42,718 nucleotides of DNA from Thermoplasmata archaeon (GCA_011620765.1 WOYO01000059.1:1-42718), one strand, 5' to 3'; numbered from the stretch's first letter, positions 10,393 through 18,603 are shown. Translations and numbers: made by a program. Notes: generated by a model not told the origin, from the letters alone.

Positions 10393-11265
10393 ATGAAGCC
10401 TGTGTTAAGAACTGCAGCACTGTTTGGATTACTCTTCGGGCTATTTGCATTGATAGGTTACGCCATAGGGGGGGGAAGCATAGGCACATTGGTTATTTTC
10501 CTATTCCTTGCTGGGATAATGAATCTCTTTTCTTACTTCTACTCAGATAAAATAGTGTTAGCTAGCTATAAAGCAAGGATAATCAAGGAATCGGATAACC
10601 CCAGACTCTTCAGAATCGTAGCGAAGGTAGCCAGTGATTCAAATATACCTATGCCCAAGGTAGCAATAGTGCCGATGAATGTGCCAAATGCATTTGCTAC
10701 AGGAAGAAACAAAAAGAGGGCTGTTGTTTGTGTGACAAAGCCTCTGCTCGATTACTTAGATGATGATGAACTTGAGGGCGTTATAGCCCATGAGATGGCG
10801 CATATAAGAGATAGAGACACTTTAGTTATGACAATAGCTGCCACAGTTGCTGGTGCGATAGCTATCTTTGTGAGAATGGCATACTGGAGCATGCTCTTCG
10901 GCAGAGGCCGTAGAGATAGCGGTAGCGCTATAATCGTCATCCTGGCAGCAATAACCGCACCGATTGCTGCGGCCATGATCCAGATGGCGATCTCAAGAAC
11001 AAGAGAGTTCAAGGCGGATAGAGAAGGGGCTTTGACTACAGGAAAGCCCTGGGCTTTAGCCAGCGCTCTTAAAAAGCTGGAGCTTGCAGGCAAAAGGGCA
11101 CCAATGAAAAATGGAAATCCCGCTTCAGCCTCTTTGTTTATTGTGAATCCATTCAAGGGCAGTGCTCTTATAAAGTTGTTTTCTACTCACCCGCCGACAG
11201 AAGAGAGGATAAAAAAGTTGAACGAACTTTCAGAGAACGTTGGTGGCCCTATGGTTTATCTGTAG
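10393..11265 (+). CDS. htpX: HtpX-family membrane zinc metalloprotease
   Basis: 290 aa with an HEMAH zinc motif (IAHEMAHIRDRD), N-terminal TM helices and a FSTHPPTEERI C-terminal motif. Confidence 0.9.
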   Translation: MKPVLRTAALFGLLFGLFALIGYAIGGGSIGTLVIFLFLAGIMNLFSYFYSDKIVLASYKARIIKESDNPRLFRIVAKVASDSNIPMPKVAIVPMNVPNAFATGRNKKRAVVCVTKPLLDYLDDDELEGVIAHEMAHIRDRDTLVMTIAATVAGAIAIFVRMAYWSMLFGRGRRDSGSAIIVILAAITAPIAAAMIQMAISRTREFKADREGALTTGKPWALASALKKLELAGKRAPMKNGNPASASLFIVNPFKGSALIKLFSTHPPTEERIKKLNELSENVGGPMVYL

Positions 11266-12731
11266 GGCTCAGCTCTCCTGTGCAACCAGCCAGTTGCAAA
11301 GGGCAGTATAACGCCGAACAGCAGCACTATGAGCAACATAGCCCCTATAAACTTTACAAGCCCTAAAGTTACTATCAAAATGGGCGTCATAGCGGTGACA
11401 AAGCCTCCACCAAAGAAAGGTTCGTATATTAACTGTTTGAAAGCAAAAGCCTCCGAGGCCTCAGTCTCAAAGTGTGGATCTACTACGCGCAATAGCATTA
11501 TGCCCATAGCCGTTACCCCTGTTTCCATGCCGAATTCAACCATTGCCTTTTCAAACCAGGAGTTTGAGAGCATCCTTGGCGCTATAAACCATGTCACAGC
11601 TACTATATATACTATACCAACAGCCATCAGAATAAAGAACGGAACAGCATACTCAATAACCACAGGTATGCTTATGCTAGCTATAGCGCTGACAACAAGG
11701 AACTCTAGCGCTAATCCCTGAATCCTCTCTATGGTAGCCCTATCTATTATGCTGGATATTCCTGTTTTAATGAGAACTACCTGAAGTATTAGCCCTCCTA
11801 GCATACATAGAGGAAATGTTGGCACAGCATCAAGCGCAACAGCTATCGTCTCGTTTCCCGTATATGCACCTATTGTTGTGCCTATCCTTGAAAAAAAAGC
11901 ATCCAGGATGTAACCTAAAAAGACCGCAACAAATATTATTGCGGCATGAAATGCTAAAGGCTCTATTGACTCGCTAGCAACTGTAGCCTTTGATATAGAG
12001 TACCTTTTTTCAGGCGGTATTATGCCCACTCTTATCTCCTCTGGAAGTTCTTGTGGTCTCTCTAAAATCTTTGTGTATCCTTTCCTCGCAGCCAGATTTA
12101 TAAGTGCTATGCCCACAATCGTTGAGGTGAGTATACCAACAGTCGCAGAGGTAAAGGCGAGATCTGCGCCGGCAGGAAAGCTCCACTCACCAAATCCGTT
12201 TCTGAAAAGATCCGCCATACCACCGGCAGTGCCGTGCCCACCGGCAAAACCGATCTCCAATATTGTGCCAAAGGTTGGATCGACGCCAAATAGAGGTATA
12301 AGTACCAGGAGAACAAGCAAACCCATCAATGCATGCTGCATCGGTCCCCCAACGATCATCGAGTAGCTTAGCATCGGGCCGGAATTCCTTATTATTTCCC
12401 TTCCTTTTGGTATAGCTATGCCGAGAAACATTGTGGCAAAGACTATGTCTATTAATCTACCCGGGAGAGAGCCAAAACCGATTCGCATGCTCTCTAACAC
12501 CTTTACTATGCTCTCGTTACCCAGGGCCGCTCCCAGAATGAAAGGTCCGCAGATTAGACCAACAAACCCTCCTATCACGCTTGCGGGTAATAGAATTTTT
12601 TGAAATAGCTTCACTTTAACCCTCAGAAGCTTTCCTATGAGCAGGAAAATGGAAAGAATACAGAGGTAGGTAAAGAGCGCACCTATCTGCGAGCCGCCAA
12701 AAGGTTGTGCTATCCAGTCAAAGAAGTCCAT
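11256..12731 (-). CDS. gltS: sodium/glutamate symporter-like transporter (GltS/ESS family)
   Basis: 491-aa polytopic membrane ORF. N-terminal pattern LLIGKLLR......LLPASVIGGFVGL is typical of GltS. Confidence 0.6.
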   Translation of the reverse strand: MDFFDWIAQPFGGSQIGALFTYLCILSIFLLIGKLLRVKVKLFQKILLPASVIGGFVGLICGPFILGAALGNESIVKVLESMRIGFGSLPGRLIDIVFATMFLGIAIPKGREIIRNSGPMLSYSMIVGGPMQHALMGLLVLLVLIPLFGVDPTFGTILEIGFAGGHGTAGGMADLFRNGFGEWSFPAGADLAFTSATVGILTSTIVGIALINLAARKGYTKILERPQELPEEIRVGIIPPEKRYSISKATVASESIEPLAFHAAIIFVAVFLGYILDAFFSRIGTTIGAYTGNETIAVALDAVPTFPLCMLGGLILQVVLIKTGISSIIDRATIERIQGLALEFLVVSAIASISIPVVIEYAVPFFILMAVGIVYIVAVTWFIAPRMLSNSWFEKAMVEFGMETGVTAMGIMLLRVVDPHFETEASEAFAFKQLIYEPFFGGGFVTAMTPILIVTLGLVKFIGAMLLIVLLFGVILPFATGWLHRRAEPYR

Positions 12732-12743
12732 GAAATGGATGGA

Positions 12744-12884
12744 TTAATTAATATTTAAGGTTGATGGAGCGTGGCTTTTCTTCAGCTCTAAGGTATAAGG
12801 CCTTATAAAGTATGCTATGGGCATGATCACAGCAGCGAAAGGAGCCCAGAGCACGGAAAAAGGAACTCCTATCATGAAAGACAT
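12744..12884 (-). CDS. hypothetical small membrane protein (46 aa), in frame with the ORF upstream across a TAG
   Basis: ATG at 12884. Hydrophobic sequence MSFMIGVPFSVLWAPFAAVIMPIAYF... Same reading frame as 12897..13136. Confidence 0.3.
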   Translation of the reverse strand: MSFMIGVPFSVLWAPFAAVIMPIAYFIRPYTLELKKSHAPSTLNIN

Positions 12885-12896
12885 AGCCAGCAATAA

Positions 12897-13136
12897 CTAA
12901 AGAACTAACAGAAAAACCATAACTATCGGAAGGAAAAGTGTTGCTAGCGATATTGCCAGAACAGTAGTGGGCGTACAGACAAGGATGCAGACGAGAAAAA
13001 ATAGAGCAAGTATTGCTGTCACTCCAGGAAAGAATGTGTTTATTGTGAGAGTAACAAATCTGTGAAAGAATAGTGCAAACAGTAGAAGTATATGCCCCGG
13101 GATATTAGATAGAATCATAAACAGAAAAGAGAACAC
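12897..13136 (-). CDS. hypothetical small membrane protein (GTG start; first ATG six codons downstream)
   Basis: 79-aa hydrophobic ORF. A TTTAAAAAT box on the minus strand lies ~100 nt upstream. Confidence 0.4.
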   Translation of the reverse strand: MFSFLFMILSNIPGHILLLFALFFHRFVTLTINTFFPGVTAILALFFLVCILVCTPTTVLAISLATLFLPIVMVFLLVL

Positions 13137-13503
13137 CGTATCAACAGGAGTGAATAAGAAATTTATCGCGCTGGTTGTAAGATTCCAGTATGAGAGATCC
13201 TCTGTGAAAATAGCGAATTAGTTTTATACAATTTTTAAAGGGGAAACAGGATGTATTGATGAAAATAGCCCATCTATCGCGCTCTGCGTCTCATCTATCC
13301 ATCTCTGTACGATCTTTGACACACTATCTATAAGAGTATTTGCGATCATAACTCCTGAAGCTCTCCTACAATATCCTGTGCCGAGACCGGAAGCAGGATA
13401 AAAAGAAAAATAACCAGTAAGGATAGGCCTTTTATAAACGCAATTCCACCGATGATTATTTAAACTTTTTTTCTTCTCTATTTGTGTGTTCATCTGCGAT
13501 ACT

Positions 13504-13920
13504 ATGCTCGGAAAGCTCGCAAGGTGGCTGCGGATCCTTGGTTATGACACAATCTATGCAAGAGGAGAGGACAGGGACATTGTTGCAGAGGCTCAGAGGG
13601 AAGGAAGGGTCCTGCTTACAAGAGATAAAGAGCTTGCCTCCAAAGGCTTTCTTATAAAAACATTTTCGGTAGAAGAGCAGCTAAAAGAGCTACTTGACGC
13701 AGGGCTCATAGAAATAAAGGAGGAAAAAATGATGACAAGATGTTCTCTATGCAACTCTCTCCTTAAGCCTATAGAGAAAGAGTCTGCCAAAGGAAAGGTG
13801 CCCGAGAAGAGCTTTGAGAACTCAGATAGCTTCTGGTACTGCGAACAGTGCAAAAAATATTACTGGATCGGAAAGCACTGGATAGATATAAAAAAAAGGA
13901 TAGACGGGCTTACACCGTAG
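13504..13920 (+). CDS. Mut7-C RNase domain protein (DUF82; PIN-like domain plus C-terminal zinc ribbon)
   Basis: N-terminus MLGKLARWLRILGYDT is typical of the family. CSLCN...CEQC zinc ribbon. I prefer the ATG at 13504 over the GTG at 13486. Confidence 0.75.
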   Translation: MLGKLARWLRILGYDTIYARGEDRDIVAEAQREGRVLLTRDKELASKGFLIKTFSVEEQLKELLDAGLIEIKEEKMMTRCSLCNSLLKPIEKESAKGKVPEKSFENSDSFWYCEQCKKYYWIGKHWIDIKKRIDGLTP

Positions 13921-15013
13921 AGAACCTGTCCTTCATCTTTTCCAGAACATGCGGGAGAGTTGTGTACTCCATATGCTCCAATGGTAGCCTGTGCGGCTCG
14001 AAGGGGCCATGCCTGCGCATGTAATCTGCTATGTTGTTGCACTCTTCTCTAACTTTATCAAATGCTGGATCATCGAACATATCTACAGGGCCGACAAGCT
14101 TTCCTTCGTTGATCTGGAAGCCCAGGCAAAGAGCCCTCGGAGGGCCGTCAAAGCGTGTGCACTGGGCATATTTCTGTGAAACTGGCATTATCGGGCCGTT
14201 GTGGGAGCCCCTCATCCATCCGCTCACAAGAAATGGGAAGGAATATGGCTCAAGGACCTCACCGACCGCAGGCAAGCCTGATTGAGCCCTAACAACAGCA
14301 ACGGGATCGTCTTTGCCAACATATTTGTGGGCGATCTGTGAGAGCTTTTCGGTCGATACCACAGCAACAGGTTCATTCTCCGGCAGGTTTGCTCTGGGAA
14401 AGACCCTCTTTATCACATAGCGACTCTTTGCTCCTATAAGGGCTAGAAGGTAGTACATCTCTTCAGGGCAGGCTAACATGACCTTTTTATGCTCTTCAAT
14501 ATCCCAAACCTCAAAGGAAAAGCCTGGGATAAGCTTTGGGTCTACAACCAGTCCAGCAGTGTTGAAGGGATCTGCAAAGGTTTTGAAGATAGGAAAATTA
14601 AAAGCTCCAGGTTCAGTTTTATCCATCATAAAAACGAGAACAGGCTCGCCAGTCCGCTCAGTGAACTCCATCTCTGCTATCCCGGGTCCCATGCCCCTAA
14701 CGTTGCCAGAGAAAGATTCCTTCAGCATGTCCTGTCCTGCAGCATAGAGCTTGAGGCTTTTTGCGATCTCTGTGCATTCTTCAAAAACGTTCCACGTCAC
14801 ACTATGGATATCGCCGTTGTCTGTGCCCTTTGTGTGGCTCATTATGAGCTCTAGATCATCCCCACAGTGCGTCACGCAGTAATCTACTATATCGCTGTTT
14901 CTCTTTGCTTTTTCTAATAGCTCTTCAGCCCTTTTCAGAACCTCCGGATGTGCCCGCGTATGCCCGGGATAACTGCCTATATCCGCTTTTATCACGCTTA
15001 TAGTAGTTTTCAT
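13910..15013 (-). CDS. fbp: bifunctional fructose-1,6-bisphosphate aldolase/phosphatase (class V FBPase)
   Basis: 367 aa. N-terminus ISVIKADIGSYPGHT, plus MDKTEPGAFN and GWMRGSHNGPIMPV, characteristic of archaeal FBP aldolase/phosphatase. Confidence 0.9.
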   Translation of the reverse strand: MKTTISVIKADIGSYPGHTRAHPEVLKRAEELLEKAKRNSDIVDYCVTHCGDDLELIMSHTKGTDNGDIHSVTWNVFEECTEIAKSLKLYAAGQDMLKESFSGNVRGMGPGIAEMEFTERTGEPVLVFMMDKTEPGAFNFPIFKTFADPFNTAGLVVDPKLIPGFSFEVWDIEEHKKVMLACPEEMYYLLALIGAKSRYVIKRVFPRANLPENEPVAVVSTEKLSQIAHKYVGKDDPVAVVRAQSGLPAVGEVLEPYSFPFLVSGWMRGSHNGPIMPVSQKYAQCTRFDGPPRALCLGFQINEGKLVGPVDMFDDPAFDKVREECNNIADYMRRHGPFEPHRLPLEHMEYTTLPHVLEKMKDRFSTV

Positions 15014-15409
15014 AATGAAATATAACGCAGCTCGTTAATATCTTTTTTGATAGACATAAGTCAGCGTGTAGTCCTGTTATTATCTCTTACACATACACCG
15101 TTCCAGCACCATTTTCCATTTTAGGCCCCTCTACTTTTTCGGTAGCCTGAAGTTAGAGGATCTTTAGATCTTTTCCCTTACAGGTTCTGTGAGCTTAATG
15201 GACATCGATGCATGAATGTGCATCTGAGTCCTCTGCTTACCAACCATTCAAACCTTTTTAGAGATTTTTATTCCTTTCTTTTATACTTCACTTTCTTTTC
15301 TGTCAGCTTCATTTGGATCTGAGCTTTGGATCGAAAATATTTCCGTGACTGCACAACAGGTATAAGCCAGAGAGAATGTGTAAAAGCTAGCTTTATCTAT
15401 AGAAAATAA

Positions 15410-15418
15410 TTTATATAA
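15410..15418 (+). promoter_or_regulatory. TATA-box-like element (TTTATATAA) for the 57-aa ORF
   Basis: Ends 18 nt before the ATG at 15436, consistent with a leaderless transcript. Confidence 0.4.
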
Positions 15419-15435
15419 CAGGCTACATACATCTC

Positions 15436-15609
15436 ATGCGTGATACTATGGAAGAGCCACTATGTTATATAGAGATATCCAGGGACAACAGGACGTACAT
15501 AATAAGAGTTCATGCTACCAATGGGGGTGTAAGGGAATACAAAGGTTACAACTTTGAAGACCTGCTAACAGAGCTCGCTATAGATCTGCAGGAAGAATAC
15601 TCTGAATGA
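15436..15609 (+). CDS. hypothetical small acidic protein (57 aa), below the ORF-track cutoff
   Basis: Hand translation: MRDTMEEPLCYIEISRDNRTYIIRVHATNGGVREYKGYNFEDLLTELAIDLQEEYSE. Protein-like composition and its own TATA box. Confidence 0.45.
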   Translation: MRDTMEEPLCYIEISRDNRTYIIRVHATNGGVREYKGYNFEDLLTELAIDLQEEYSE

Positions 15610-15713
15610 TCCTGTAGCCGGACATTAACACCCTGCATCACCTTTCAGCAGGGTTGACCTATGCCCGGCTGTTATAGACCGTTGTGCTTCACAACGCTGT
15701 CCCCGGATCATTC
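15604..15713 (-). ncRNA. structured GC-rich small RNA; candidate H/ACA-type pseudouridylation guide with an L7Ae K-loop
   Basis: 9-bp closing helix GAATGATCC/GGATCATTC (15713-15705 / 15612-15604). Hairpin 1: CGTTGTG-AAG-CACAACG. Hairpin 2: 10-bp lower stem (15670-15661 / 15625-15616), internal loop AGGTCA/GTTA, 7-bp upper stem ACCCTGC/GCAGGGT, loop UGAAAGGUGAU giving CUGA...UGAUG tandem G.A geometry. ACA at 15615-15613 lies 14 nt below the upper stem. Confidence 0.45.
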
Positions 15714-15780
15714 GCTGCAGAGCAGAGTCTCTGGGCCGCCTATTGCAAAGCAACTTTAATATGTGTTCTAATTTAAATCT

Positions 15781-16305
15781 TTATCGGCTATCTAGCAGCT
15801 CTTCTTTTATTCTCTTTGTCTTCTCTTTTCTGAGGAAAGAGAACACCACCGAGTGCTCTGAGCCTCCAAGCAACATCTCTATAGCCCTTTCAGCGCTTTC
15901 CATGGCAGGATAGGATCCTATCACAGAGACAGTGTGTCCATAAACAGAGATGTAGCAGCCAGTAGAGTCTTCGATAGTTTTTCTGGCTTTGCCCTTTCTT
16001 CCTATAACCCTTCCCTTAAGCTCAAATGATCTGTTCTTGCTTCTGCCAGAGAAGTCGCGTACATCAAATATGCGAAGGTAAAACTGATCATCGAACAGCT
16101 TTTCAGCCTTGTTCGGAGCAAAGCCTCTTCCTATAGCTTTTATAACCTGAGTGCACCTATAAACAAGAAAGGCATCTTCACCAGCTATTGTAACCTCGCC
16201 GTCCATTACTATATCCATATTTGACTTTGATTCTTCTTCCAATCTGCTCTTACAGCTAAGCAGAACCCTTACCCTATCTGCAGGTATATTCACTCTTTCA
16301 ATCAT
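15781..16305 (-). CDS. KH-domain RNA-binding protein (archaeal Dim2/Pno1-like)
   Basis: 174 aa with a GXXG loop in VIGRKGKARKTIE. Last gene of the conserved aIF1A-Rio-KH cluster; overlaps the rio stop. Confidence 0.8.
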   Translation of the reverse strand: MIERVNIPADRVRVLLSCKSRLEEESKSNMDIVMDGEVTIAGEDAFLVYRCTQVIKAIGRGFAPNKAEKLFDDQFYLRIFDVRDFSGRSKNRSFELKGRVIGRKGKARKTIEDSTGCYISVYGHTVSVIGSYPAMESAERAIEMLLGGSEHSVVFSFLRKEKTKRIKEELLDSR

Positions 16306-17032
16306 TGCTCTTCACTTTCTGCTCTATATCTTCTACTCTTTCCCTAATGCCATGCTTATTAAAAAATTTTACTATATTTCTCAGATCTCTGATCAGCATG
16401 TCATTTGCATAGTGGTGTTCTAAAGTTACAGCCTGCCCGACATCTATAACAACCGGTCCGTTCCACGCAAGGATGTTGTATTCGCTCAGATCTCCATGCA
16501 CAAGGTTTGCTCTGTACATAGCCTTTATGTACTCTATGATCTGCATAAAATACTCCTCTGCGGTTTCTCTGTCGAGAACAGCATCTTTCAGCATTGGTGC
16601 AGGACCTTTTTCATCGCCTATGTACTCCATGACAAGAACATTATTTCTCACTTCAATAGGCTCAGGTGTTCTCACACCAGCTTTCCTCATCTCTTTGAGA
16701 TTCACAAATTCCTTTCTTGCCCATGTGAAGACTATACTCTTTATGTCTCTCTTAACATGTTCATACCTGGGATCACCCTCAACATACCTCATCATGTTTT
16801 TGAATATTGACGTGTTTATAGGATAGATCTTCACAGCAAGGTTTTTTCCATCTGTATCCTTAGCGCAGAAGACAAATGATTCTTTGCCTGAAGCTATGGG
16901 AAAATCCAGGTAGTCTATAATCTTATCAGACATCAATTTTGATAAGGTGAGCATTGTGCGTTTATCAAAAACTCCACTCTCCGTTTTATCTATCTCTTTC
17001 TCTCTTCTCTCTTCTTTTCTCAGCTCATCCAT
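16298..17032 (-). CDS. rio1: RIO-type serine/threonine kinase (Rio1-like)
   Basis: Catalytic loop LVHGDLSEYNIL and metal-binding VIDVGQAV. The ATG at 17032 sits 1 nt after the aIF1A stop. The longest ORF would start at 17071. Confidence 0.9.
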   Translation of the reverse strand: MDELRKEERREKEIDKTESGVFDKRTMLTLSKLMSDKIIDYLDFPIASGKESFVFCAKDTDGKNLAVKIYPINTSIFKNMMRYVEGDPRYEHVKRDIKSIVFTWARKEFVNLKEMRKAGVRTPEPIEVRNNVLVMEYIGDEKGPAPMLKDAVLDRETAEEYFMQIIEYIKAMYRANLVHGDLSEYNILAWNGPVVIDVGQAVTLEHHYANDMLIRDLRNIVKFFNKHGIRERVEDIEQKVKSND

Positions 17033-17033
17033 A

Positions 17034-17279
17034 TCATTCCATTTCCTGCGGTAACAGCTTTCTTCTAGCAAGGTAGCTCTTCTGTGTCCTTGTGTATCTG
17101 TATATTATGTCTGCTTTCTCCCCTTCAATAGACCAGGGTTTTATTATCACAAGATCACCCACAATTATCCAGCTCCTTCTCTTCATTTTACCCGGTATTC
17201 TGGCAAACCTTGTTTGTCCATCTGCACAAAGAACCGTAAGATGTGAGGCGCCCTCAAACCTCGTTACAACTCCGAACAT
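17034..17279 (-). CDS. eif1a: translation initiation factor aIF-1A (minimal ATG-started version; conserved N-tail is encoded upstream without a canonical start)
   Basis: OB-fold sequence MFGVV...RIPGKMKRRSWIIVGDLVIIKPW...DIIYRY. The frame stays open upstream to 17354. Confidence 0.85.
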   Translation of the reverse strand: MFGVVTRFEGASHLTVLCADGQTRFARIPGKMKRRSWIIVGDLVIIKPWSIEGEKADIIYRYTRTQKSYLARRKLLPQEME

Positions 17280-17984
17280 CTCTCCGTTTCTTTTCCTCGG
17301 GAGCCTTAGATTTGAGAAATCCTCTTCTTCTTCACTCAGTGTATCACCAAAGGCTTATGTGTTCTTTTTTATTTAAACTTTGTGTGCTTTTCTCCCTGCA
17401 TTATCTTGAAGGGGTTTGCCACAACCTCATGTATATTTGAAATAGCCCATGATGAAATCAATTATGAGCAGAATGCCTTACCCGCATCAATTGTGCATCG
17501 AATTTGCTGCGGCAGATTTTTATAGCGCTGATTATTCTATCTATAGCTGTGATGAAAAGATAGGAGATATGAGCTTTCCCTATAAGAGCAAGCCTTGAAA
17601 GTTTTATTGCTCTATAAACATACCTGGCAGCGTATATCGCAACTGCAAGGATAATCAAAGAGGCAATAAGGTCTGCAGGGATCGTAGCGCCCTCTTCTCA
17701 TTTTTAGATCCATACCTAAAAGAGCTACATAGCACGTATGATTGGCGCGTTAGCTGTGAAAACGATCTTATCAGGCAAAGACGTAAAGAAGATTGCTTAA
17801 AGCATCAGATAATTGCATTATTTGCTCTCTGGGATCTTTTAACTGCTGAGAGATCTGGTGGAGGTCGATGAGAGTTTAAGGGTAAGATAAAGTTTTAAGC
17901 CAGTCAGCGAAGCTGAGCTCCTTATGTCTCCCGCTTGATACCCACCTCTCAAGGAGTTTTGATATAGAGTTTTCCTGAATAGTT

Positions 17985-18341
17985 TCAAGCATATTTCAGT
18001 ACTCCCTCCTCAATCTTTAAATTTCTGTGGCAGCATGGACAGTGGTATTCCATCTCGGTTGAGATCTTCTGTGCATAATTTCCGTTCTTTGTAAGAATAA
18101 TCTCTCCGCTGGTTATCTCTAAAAATTCAACGCTTTTTAAAAGACTGTTACAGAATGGGCAGGATACATATTTTGCTTCGCTAGTGGCAATAAATCTTTT
18201 CCTCTCCTCCTCTTTTATTTTGTAACCACACTCAAGCTCATAAAGGTTCTTTATTGAGGAAAGCTCAAGAGAGCATCTCAAGAACCCCATGCAATCAGCA
18301 CATCCTGAGAAATAACCGCTATCCTTAACCTTTCCATCCAT
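17985..18341 (-). CDS. hypothetical Cys-rich (zinc-ribbon-like) protein, last gene of the ftsZ operon
   Basis: 118 aa with CADC, CPFC and CPCC motifs. Starts 6 nt after the preceding 42-aa ORF. Confidence 0.6.
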   Translation of the reverse strand: MDGKVKDSGYFSGCADCMGFLRCSLELSSIKNLYELECGYKIKEEERKRFIATSEAKYVSCPFCNSLLKSVEFLEITSGEIILTKNGNYAQKISTEMEYHCPCCHRNLKIEEGVLKYA

Positions 18342-18347
18342 AAAAGT

Positions 18348-18476
18348 CTACCTGTTTATCTCTTTTAGCATTTCGTTGAGCCATTCATACAGCATTCCCT
18401 TCTCCACAGAATCCATGGATGAACGGCTTACAATATAGTATATGTTTGAAAATAATTCATTCAATCTTTTTTCCAT
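18348..18476 (-). CDS. hypothetical 42-aa protein (predicted helical), below the ORF-track cutoff
   Basis: Hand translation: MEKRLNELFSNIYYIVSRSSMDSVEKGMLYEWLNEMLKEINR. Its ATG overlaps the 3' end of the 48-aa ORF by 20 nt. Confidence 0.4.
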   Translation of the reverse strand: MEKRLNELFSNIYYIVSRSSMDSVEKGMLYEWLNEMLKEINR

Positions 18477-18603
18477 CTATCTCCACCTTGCCATCTGAAA
18501 ATTCAAATACTATCCTTTTTACATTGCCGAGAAAAGAGGTGGCGGAGGAGATCTCGCCAAGGATTCCATTGTAAGCAGACAGAGAGACGGTTAGCTTATC
18601 CAT
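18457..18603 (-). CDS. hypothetical 48-aa protein, below the ORF-track cutoff
   Basis: Hand translation: MDKLTVSLSAYNGILGEISSATSFLGNVKRIVFEFSDGKVEIDGKKIE. Its ATG lies inside the last codons of ftsZ (ATGGATAAGCTAA, 13-nt overlap). Confidence 0.45.
   Translation of the reverse strand: MDKLTVSLSAYNGILGEISSATSFLGNVKRIVFEFSDGKVEIDGKKIE

Noticed and set aside
13224-13493. 89-aa minus-strand ORF between the small membrane ORFs and the Mut7-C gene
   Set aside because: The N-terminal two-thirds has odd composition. It overlaps both the Mut7-C start region and the TTTAAAAAT box of the downstream gene. Only the last ~40 codons look protein-like, so there is not enough support to call it.
15095-15125. 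Origin-recognition-box-like sequence GTTCCAGCACCATTTTCC, with a second TTCCATCAGTGGAG at ~7811
   Set aside because: Each is only a partial match and lacks the TTCCA/TGGAA dyad. There are single isolated copies rather than clustered inverted ORBs, and no adjacent orc1/cdc6 gene.
15604-15760. Possible 5S rRNA, because the minus strand near 15750-15740 reads AGGCGGCCCAGAG, resembling a 5S 5' end
   Set aside because: There is no complementary 3' end to close helix I. The conserved loop C / helix III sequence (CCGAAC..GAAGTTAAGC-like) is absent. The fold is two hairpins in a closing stem rather than a 5S three-way junction of the correct size.
17449-17555. Box C/D sRNA (ATGATGA ... CTGA ... GTGATGA)
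   Set aside because: The distance from box C to the nearest CTGA is ~80 nt. There is no D'/C' pair at the expected ~12-nt guide spacing, and no terminal stem.
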